DNA of 64,000 bases from Eledone cirrhosa (taxonomy: Eukaryota): contig OZ024740.1 of assembly GCA_964016885.1 (NCBI GenBank), positions 77,872,001 to 77,936,000 of the forward strand, read 5' to 3'. Under the pieces are notes generated by a model that ran no database searches, was not told where the DNA came from, and saw only the letters and a list, made by a program, of their open reading frames with translations. Positions 54,472 to 64,000 of this stretch are shown here, one piece after another. Positions within the stretch are counted from its first letter, which is position 1. Each line of letters opens with the position of its first letter. The translations under genes were made by a program, and so were the position numbers.

Positions 54472-55290
54472 AGACTCTGCAGAACTAACATCGAGGATAT
54501 CACCCATGTCATCAGCAGCTGTCCAAAGATGTCATTGCGGTACTATCTACCTATGAGGCATGATATAGTGGCCAAAACACTGTACAATGCAGTTCGTAAA
54601 AAAGATAGCCCCGATAATAAACACATTAAAAGCTACAGCAATGTGGAAGACATCCATGTACGTAATATGAAAGAGTACTGGTGGAATGTTCCGGTAAAAA
54701 CCCCAATAAAATGCAGGCATAACAGACTAGCTATTATGATATGGTACAGGGAGAAGAAAGCATGCACGGTAGTGGAAATTAGCTGCCCAGCAGATGCCAA
54801 TATAATATCAAAGATTACTGAAAAGGAGAATATTTATGCAGAACGGATGAGATATCTGCAGATACTCCACCCTGATTAGACCTTCAGATTTATGCCTGTG
54901 ATTATTGGGGCACTGAGGTATGTTAGTAACTGCCTCAATACAAATATTGAGAAGCTAGGCTTCACAGGAACAGAAAACACAACTAGTTAGGAAATTACAA
55001 GTACAATCCATTAATGGAACACTAAAAGTATGTAAAACATTCCAAACATTTTGCATCTAATAACTGCATATACACATGTACAGATACAAAGCATATACAC
55101 ATGCACACATACAACTCAAATCATACACATCCACACATACAATAACACCCATATCTACACATGCATGCATACATACATATCTACCTAGTTGATGTTGTGT
55201 AAATTCCAATGAGAGAGTCTTGTGTCTATGTTAGAAACCGACTCTCTCTCTCTATTGGTAAAACTTTGTGAAATTATAAAACCAGAAGAA
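54472..55290 (+). mobile_element. R4/Dong-like lineage 1, 5'-truncated
   Basis: LCRTNIEDITHVISSC...MRHD...VEISCP, an in-frame stop at about 54877, then the 3'UTR. Confidence 0.9.
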
Positions 55291-55375
55291 CATACATACA
55301 TACATACATACATACATACATACATACATACATACATACATACATACATACATACATACATACATACATACATAC

Positions 55376-58300
55376 AACTACAGCCATGTTGAATAACTGG
55401 TTATTCTTCTAACTATATCTACTGAAGACACCTTTTATTCGAATTCGTAGAGATATCCGACTAAATACATAATTCATTTTACAAGGATTTGCTACAAACA
55501 GCATGGCTTAACACAACATCAACAACAAAATTAAGGAAGTACCGAAGACAAATAACAAGGAAGGTAAACAAACTTTATTCAGTTGTAGCTACAGAAGAAA
55601 CCGAAATTATAAATCGCATTTCTCTTGGAGTTGCGAACTTAATAATGATTTATTTAATTGTTATAATAATGTCAAAAAACAATCCCTCTATTGGCTATAT
55701 GAACAGAATGAAGCTACACTGGGGCAAAATGCACGCAGAGCTAAATTATTTCACAGCGAAACAATTACGTCAACAAGCGACGCTTGTTGAACGTAAAAAT
55801 AAGATAAATATTATTAATTGTAAGTCCCCCACAACAAATATGTTATCAACAACACGTGCTACAGGTCGCCATGCTACTAGACTTCCTAACAGCCAGGTCG
55901 AACAGTGCCTTGAAGCAACTATGCCTGTAAGAAATTTGACACCACCTGTACCATCTAAGTCTACCTCGAATGCTGAGGAAAACACTATCGATAATAATAA
56001 TAATCGAAGAAATAATAATAATAATCGAAGAAATTTGACACCACGTGTACCATCCGAGTCTACCTCGACTGTTGTGGAAAATACTATCGATAAAGATAAT
56101 CAAAAGTATAAACAATTGAAAATTTCCCTCAACGAAATCTTACAGAGAGAAATTAATTTATGTATAAATATCTCTCTTGCTGAACGTATTAAAACGACAA
56201 TGTTTAATAAAAAACCAAATAATGAAATATTACGTGTTATTGACGAAATAGGGGATGAATATTTACGAAGGATAAAAAACCCAACATTTTGGCAAATCAA
56301 CGCCTGTTTATATGCCTTAGCAACGACAGTGAAGCATTATCTTGGTGATAGCAGAGATATTAAGAACAGAACACCACCAAAAATACCATCATATATAACT
56401 AAAATAGAAAAAAAGATTGCTGACCTACGAAAAAACATAGGATATGTGACAATGCTCCTTACATGCAAACAAACACAAAAAAAACTCACTTCTCACCAAC
56501 AAAAAGTGAAAAATAAAATAGAGACGATGTTTGGTAACAGTAGAACCAGAACTTTCCAATATAAGCTGATCACCCTCAAACAAGAATTGAGAGCTGGTAG
56601 CGAAAAACGCCGAAACCTGAAGAAGGTAGATGAGAGAAAAGTGCTTAATAAAAGATTCAGACGAAACCAAACATCAGTCTATAGAGATATGAAGGGCAAA
56701 ATAATAAGTGTCACTGAGGCCCCATCCCAGAAAGACATAGATTCCTTTTGAAGCAAAATATGGAGTGAAAAGAAGAATTTCAACCAAGATGCAGTGTGGC
56801 TAAGAGAAATCCGAAAGGACTATTGCTCCTACACTATTACAAAAACATACGAAATAAGTGAGGGTACACTTGAGACTGTGATAGGAAAACTCCAAGATAA
56901 GAAAACACCAGGAAGAGACATAATTGTTGGCTACTGGTACAAAAAACTGATATTCTATCGCAGGTATTCTATCGGAGGCATCTTACTGACCTCTACCAAC
57001 AAGTTCTTAAGGGAGATACACTTATACCAGAATCGTTGACATTAGCACAAAAATTACTGGTCCCCAAGAACAAAGACACCCACTTGGCAAAAAACTACCG
57101 ACCCATTGCATGCCAGAACCTGATGTATAAGATGTATACAGCCTGCCTGAACCTATTCCTCCAAGATCACTGTGAAAATAATAGCATCATCACAGATGAA
57201 CAAGCAGCTGGAAAGAAAGGGGTTTGGGGATGTGCTGAACAACTCCTAATCAACAAAACTGCGATGTCGGAGGTGCGACAACTTAGGAGGAATATGGCTA
57301 CAGTCTGGCTGGACTACAGGAAAGCTTTCGATTCTGTTCCCCACTCTTGGATGATAGAGGCCCTCCAACTTGCTAAAGTCCCAGACATTATTGTCAGAGC
57401 CATAGAGAGGCTGTCTTCTTCTTGGGCTACTATCCTAAGGTTAACGACAGAGAGGGAGGACTCTATTTTCACTGATAAAATAAAATATTGCAGGGGTATA
57501 TTTCAGGGGGACAGTCTCTCTGTGATATTATTCATCTTGTCATTAAACCCCTTGTCCTTTCTGCTCAAGAAATGTGAGGGATACATCATTGGCTCACAGT
57601 TCAGAAATACGAACCTAACCCATAATTTCTTTGTGGACGATCTGAAACTCTATACCAAGAACATGGATGGGGTGAAGAAAAATCTTGACCTGGTTACAAC
57701 GTTCTCAAAGGATATAGGAATGGAGTTTGGCCAAGATAAATGCTCATACATGACTGTAAAGCGGGGAAAAACAACAACCCAATCTAGCAACATCGTCATC
57801 AATGGCCTAACTGTTTCACCGATATCTGATGAGGTCTGCTACAGATACCTGGGGATAGATGAGAACATATCCTATAATGGTATCTGTAATAAAGAACGCG
57901 TAACCAGGGAATACTACACCCGATTAAGAAAGATTTGGTCATCGGAACTCTCTGCGCAAAACAAAACAGTGGCTTACAATGGGTTTGCTGTGCCTGTCCT
58001 AACACCAACGTTTGGTATACTCAATTGGACGATAGACGAAATCCGAGCAGTTGATGTTGGAACTGGAAAAATACTAAAAAACACCGGAACCTTCCACATC
58101 AACAGTGACATCGTCCGCCTTTACATGAAACGTAAGCAGGGAGGCAGAGGCCTAACATCAGTCCAGACAACATTTGAATGTCGCATCATATATCTCCGAC
58201 AACATCTACGAACTTCGAAGCGTAGGAGCCCGTTTCTCGAGCAAGTCTATCTGCATGAAACAGATAAGATCATGAGAGTTGGGAAGGAACTCCTCGAGAG

Positions 58301-59401
58301 ATATTGCCTGTGTGATAATCAAAAACTCACACCCAGGGATGTCGCTCAGCAGTATCGCAGTGAATCCATGGATGAAAAACTGCATGCTTATCAGCAAAAG
58401 ATCATGCATGCATATGTTGCCAGGAAGCTCCAGAGTGAGAGTAATATAGATAAGGAAAGTAGTCTATCTTGGACCAACAACCGCTATATTGGCTCCCACT
58501 TTGAAGGATACGCTTTTGCAATCGAAGAACAGGAGATTAACACGAAATACCTGATTCACAAAAGAGATAGGGATGCAGGCAAAACACCTAGATGTAATAA
58601 CAAGTGCAGACTCTGCAGAACTAACATCGAGGATGTCACCCATGTCATCAGCAGCTGTCCAAAGATGGCATAGCGGTACTATCTACCTATGAGGCATGAT
58701 ATAGTGGCCAAAACACTGTACAATGCAGTTCGTAAAAAAGATAGCCCCGATAATAAATACATTAAAAGCTACAGCAATGTGGAAGACATCCATGTACATA
58801 ATATGAAAGAGTACTGGTGGAATGTTCCAGTAAAAGCCCCAATAAAATGCAGGCATAACAGACCAGATATTATGATATGGGACAGGGAGAAGAAAACATG
58901 CACAGGCGTGAAAATTAGCTGCCCAGCAGATGCCAATATAATATCAAAGATTACTGAAAAGGAGAATATTTATGCAGAACGGATGAGAAATCTACAGATA
59001 CTCCACCCTGATTACACCTTCAGATTTATGCCTGTGATTATTGGGGCACTGGCGTATGTTAGTAACTGCCTCAATACAAATCTTGAGAAGCTAGGCTTCA
59101 TATGAACAGAAAGAACACAACTAGTTAGGAAATTACAGTAAAAATATGTAAAACATTCCACAAATTTTGCATCTAATAACTGCATGTACACATGTACAGA
59201 TGCAAAGCATATACACATGCATATATACAACTCAAAACATGCACATCTACACATACAATAACATCCATATCTACACATGCATGCATACATACATATCTAC
59301 CTAGTTGATGTGTAAATTCCAATGAGAGAGTCTTGTGTCTATGTTAGAAACCGACTCTCTCTCTATTGGTAAAACTTTGTGAAATTATAAAACCAGAAGA
59401 A
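55376..59401 (+). mobile_element. Near full-length R4/Dong-clade non-LTR retrotransposon (~4.0 kb) in (CATA)n
   Basis: Single ancestral ORF: N-terminal GYM.RMK..W...H.EL..FT.KQLRQQ (R4-type Myb-like), F[W>*]SKIWS, RT motifs NYRPIAC, WLDYRKAFDSVPH, GIFQGDSLS, FVDDLKLY, YRYLG, then CCHC, RHD and RPDIMIWD..KISCP..KENIY; (CATA)n at both ends. Confidence 0.95.
55489..59175 (+). pseudogene. Disrupted RT-RLE polyprotein of the R4/Dong-like element
   Basis: Segments 55489-56751, 56794-57039, 57036-58673 and 58689-59105; premature stops at 56749, 58671 and 59103, and a frameshift from the tandem duplication tattctatcg at about 56950-56975. Confidence 0.9.
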
Positions 59402-59515
59402 CATACATACATACATACATACATACATACACAGACACATACATACATACATACATACATACATACATACATACATACATACATACATACATACATACAT
59501 ACTTCCATACACACA

Positions 59516-60035
59516 TGATGGCTACACAAACTCTGCTAAGAGTATTGCAATCCCTTGTCAGATTATAGAGTTTGGTGCACTTTTAGGCTACGGCCAGCCA
59601 CACAAACCTGTAACAGATCCAGAACAAGCAATGCCTGTGCTTTGAAGATTTTTAAGTGGGGAAAGGCCTTGCACTCGACCAATCCCATTCTCTGAGCATC
59701 GAAAACACTACCCGAAAAGGAGAACTTGTCCAGATCATCGGATGCTTCCGAAGCCGCAGGTATTTTTCAGAGTTTCCCTCTTTTAGAAAGGTGTTGTGAG
59801 AACTGGAGGCCATTCACTCCCAGGTTTTAAAAAAAAGTACTATTTGGATGGCAGTTGTCTCTGCTGAGTTCCTCCGCCCTTTGTCGGGTCATGTATTTTA
59901 TCACGCAGGATGTCCAAAAATCTCCCTCCTCACCAAGCAAGGTTGGTGGGGTTGCCGGTTTAGTCACCGACGACCCGACCATGAGACAAGTTGTACTGGG
60001 TTACATGTTACCAGTAGCATTCGAGAGTGACCTGA
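59516..60035 (-). mobile_element. RTE-derived family 3, full-length
   Basis: The minus strand starts tcaggtcactctcgaatgctactggtaac and ends actcttagcagagtttgtgtagccatca; flanked by (CATA)n. Confidence 0.8.
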
Positions 60036-60065
60036 CATAACATACATACATGCATACATACATAC

Positions 60066-60225
60066 AAGTTAAATTACAGTCCATTGATGGATGTAAAAAT
60101 ATGTAAAACATTTCAGAAATTCAGCATGTAATAACTGTATATACACATGTGTAGATACAAAACATATGCACTTATACATATACAACTGAAAATATACAGA
60201 TCCACACATGCAATAACATCCATAC

Positions 60226-60308
<83 letters not shown>

Positions 60309-60400
60309 TATATCCAGACATATGTATTTACCTAGTTTAATCTTGTTCGTATGTTAGAAACCGACTCTGTCTCTCTTTCTCTATTTGGACAAAATTATCA
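60066..60400 (+). mobile_element. Old R4/Dong-like 3' fragment
   Basis: gtccattgatggatgtaaaaatatgtaaaacatt...tatgttagaaaccgactct matches the lineage 1 ORF end and 3'UTR. Confidence 0.7.
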
Positions 60401-61249
60401 AATAATAAATGGCACGGCGTGGCATGGAACGGCATGGTATGGATCGCACGGTCTTGAGGGGGTCGTAGGGGCGCCGTATTAACATACGGCGTTTCTTGGG
60501 TATTTTTTTAAACATGGCGGAACCCAATCCTCTCCAGGTCTGAATTCAGCAAATTTCTTACAGGGTGAGAGAATGGAGTTGAGAAAGAGATATAGAGCAA
60601 GAATCGACCTCAGTACTTGAATCGACCTGGAATGAAAGGCAAAGTTGACATCAGAGAGATTTGAACTCAGAGAGCAGGGAGCCGAAACGAATACCGCAAA
60701 GCATAATGGAAGGGTAAAAATATGTAAAATATTCCAGACGTTTAGCATGTATTATGTACATATAAAGTACTATAGACATGTAAATATATGTCCACACACA
60801 TTGAAGGATCAGAAAGATGTTTTATCCACCTTGTAGATTAATAAACCCCGCCAAAAATGAACTGAGTACTGTTAGCAAACACGTTCTCGACACCATAAAT
60901 CTAAATATTAAAAATAGCATGGAATTATCGCATCACTGCCATCAAGGGAATTAATAGAGAAGAAAATAAAGCATTCTGTGTATTTATTCAGTTCAATATT
61001 ATGAGATTTTGCCCATCAGTTTTTACATTCCTTTTCAAGTAAACCTTAGATTTCAGTAACACATTCCCCATTATTGTGAATACTGATATCATCAAAATAA
61101 TGTTCAACAGATAGTCATTCGTGTTTTATGGCAACTCCTAAGTAAAAAAAAAAATATTTAAAAAATTAAGGCGATGAAATGATCATATCTCTATGGGAAG
61201 CTTTGGTGACACCGAAGTCTGCAATTTAAACGACTCATATATTTTAAAC

Positions 61250-61330
61250 CAGGCATGGGCAACCTTTTTCGAGAATCGGGCCGCATGATATATGGCTCAC
61301 CATCAAGCGGGCCGCAAGCGCTAATTTACA
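61250..61330. mobile_element. Isolated hAT (Charlie-like) terminus
   Basis: caggcatgggcaacc with subterminal cgggccgca twice; no partner TIR found in the window. Confidence 0.45.
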
Positions 61331-62409
61331 TTCGTGCCACATTAAAAAAAGGTGGGTAACTCATGTTGTTTTGATTTGTTTCTTCAAAATTCGTACACGT
61401 TGTTTTCCTCGATCGTAAAAATGATAGAAAGATAAATCACGACTGAAAAGTTGGGGTAAACAAACTACATTTTCCTACCAGTCAAACATTCCATAAACTG
61501 TTCAATAAGAATTCAGTCAGATTTAGTTACAGTTGCTTGGAAAGCAACACAAACAAAATATGCCACCATAACCAAAAATATAGAATTATATATACCTCAA
61601 ATCAACTAACAGAATACAGAATACATTTGCAGCAAATGTCCGTTCGGTTCACTTAATGGTAAATACCTTACCTTGTATACTGAACTAAAATATATACCAC
61701 GTCTGGCACCGAGAATAACTTTACAGAACTCAAAAAGGAATACATTTAAAACGAGATATACACAGCATATTCACTCATTTCGATAGAGATATATTAAATT
61801 GCATCTCCCGATCTCTTTATACATGGAAACTTAAGAACAGTGGAATTTACAACATTCGTATACGTTGGAGAATTGTTGAAACTGCAATCCTATATTATAT
61901 AAGTATAATCAAGAGATTATACATATGTCTTATGTATGGCTGAGAAATGTAATATTTTGATGTAACTCTTCAAAATATTATTCAAACAAAATTGGAAATT
62001 ATAAACACATCTGGACATGAATAAATACCCATTAAAAAGGTCAGTTCTTTAGTAAACAGGGTAAGTAGGGCCCTACAATCATTCATACAGAACAATACAG
62101 AAATAGCAATCCTGCAACAACAACATGGCAATGATACTCCTTTGAGAGCACTAAACAGAGTAAGTTTATAAGTGACTATCCCTAATTACCAATCCTCACA
62201 TAATAGTAGATACCTTATCGTAAGTGAGAGACAGGTAAATTGACTATTTCTACCAGAGACCACTCCACCGTTCTACCTGGTGTTGCTATGCACACCACCT
62301 CTTCTAAAATAACTGCACCCCAAACATTATTACCTGATCAATGATAAATGTAGGATAAGACGGGGTTTTTGTTCCTGAATCGTTTATCTAAGTTCACCCA
62401 TTCATTTCT

Positions 62410-62450
62410 TGTCAACTGAACAAACGCATAGAGCGTGAAACGCCTTTAGT
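62410..62450 (+). ncRNA. Degenerate minimal hammerhead motif
   Basis: CTGAACA-a-ACGC-ataga-GCGT-GAAAC; one core mismatch. Confidence 0.45.
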
Positions 62451-63783
62451 GACGGAGCGAATCAGCATGGAGTGAATATGTATATATAGATATAATACAT
62501 GTGTGTGTGTGTGTGAAAGAGAGAGAGTAAGTACGTATGTATAAGTGTGTGTGTGTATGAGTGTGTCAGTGTGTAAGTTTCTGTGTGTGTGTGTGTGAGT
62601 ATGTGTGTATATGTGTGTGAGCATGTAAGTGTGTGTGAATATATATGTATGTGTATGTGGGGGGGCGTATATGTGTTTGTAAGTGCGTGTGTAAATGTGT
62701 TTGGGAATGAGTCTGTAAGTGTGTATGTGAAAATGTGTGTATGTGAACATGAATATGTATGTGTGTGTAAGGTATGTGTGTGTGAGCGTTTCACCGGAGA
62801 AATCTTTCACGCTGTGATGTTCTGCTTGGTTAGGGTGAAACTTTCAATTGATATGTACAGTAGAATGCTGTGGTGTGTATAAAATCGATTAAATCGATAT
62901 AAATGCTCGACTGGTGTCCATTTTACCAAGCTCGGAGTAGAAGAGAAGAAAGAGAAGTAAATAAGCAAAGAAGGAGAGAAGGAGAGAAGTAATGAAAAAA
63001 GGTTAGCGTTGTATAGAAAGAATAGTGACAGGAATAAGGATATGTGGGTGAGTAGAGATACAGAACAACAGTGACAGAGTGAAAGCAAGAGACGGGAGGA
63101 GGAGAAGCGGGTAGATTAATAGAAAGAGAGAGGAGGAGGCGAAGGGGTTTCAATCAATAGCGAAACGCGCGTAACCAATCAATCTAAACTATAATAAAGT
63201 AAGGAGCGCGGGACTGCGTACGGTTTATAATTTTTTATCTCATTGTAAAAGAAGTTGGATTACTTTGAATAAATAATGAATGAATATTACATAATTTATC
63301 TACTAAATTTCGTGACTGTTGATTAAATATATTTTGTTTATTTAAAGATTCACTTCTTTAAAATTTCTGAAATGTCAACACTTCCGGTTGGCCATCGATT
63401 AAATAAACATACTAATTTTCTGTCACTAATTTTCTCCTAATGCAGTTTATATATAATATCGTCTTTTTTTAATGTATCATGGATTACGTTACTGATTAAA
63501 TAAGACAGTGTAACACAGTCTTCGTTCAATTTCTATGGGGTGGTTTTTCTGCTAGTAAATGTAATGAAGGCTTAACAAATCGTCCTTGCATTATTATATA
63601 ACACTCTGTCTAGCTCTACACCTCGCCACTGACGTGAACCTAAACATCGAGTGCTCACCTGGGTGAACCTACAGTAACTATACGTTACACTCCCTGGGTA
63701 TATATATATATATATATATATATATAGGATAACAAGGTATCGTACAGCCAACCATGTTATTCTTCATTCTTTTGCTATATATT

Positions 63784-63890
<107 letters not shown>

Positions 63891-64000
63891 ATTAAAAAGT
63901 GTTGGGACTTGACGGCTGGGCTCAGATAGGAATTAGCTGATGAAACGGCAAGAGCTCAGCTGTCGGTTCATGACTCTTTATAATATAACCATACTCTGCT

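Overview
This is a eukaryotic, extremely repeat-rich window with no recognisable host protein-coding gene; the SINE content and microsatellite density suggest a cephalopod (octopus-like) genome, which is an inference. Most entries in the ORF track are translations of microsatellites. The supported content is as follows. (1) A near full-length but disrupted R4/Dong-like non-LTR retrotransposon (RT, CCHC, RHD and PD..D/E restriction-like endonuclease) at about 55.4-59.4 kb, plus about 10 truncated copies from 2-3 lineages, nearly all sitting in (CATA)n tracts in one orientation. (2) Three related non-autonomous bipartite RTE-derived elements (13 copies) with (TATG)n tails, lying in the same tracts in the opposite orientation; one family carries a 35-aa C2H2 zinc-finger mini-ORF. 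(3) About a dozen hammerhead-ribozyme motifs of Penelope-like type in short islands within (TA)n/(TG)n tracts, several with very long stem II and one inside a perfect 113-bp palindrome, plus a decayed Penelope-like RT fragment. (4) tRNA-derived SINE families, Expander/Rex3-like RTE fragments, a mariner remnant and hAT/Tigger-like MITEs. (5) Two ~6-kb minisatellite arrays (17-bp and 21-bp units) with kb-scale internal duplications. The most interesting signal is an apparent microsatellite-partitioned retroelement community: RTE SINEs and RLE LINEs share (TATG)n/(CATA)n, while hammerhead elements occupy (TA)n. All calls were made by eye and coordinates may be off by a few bases.
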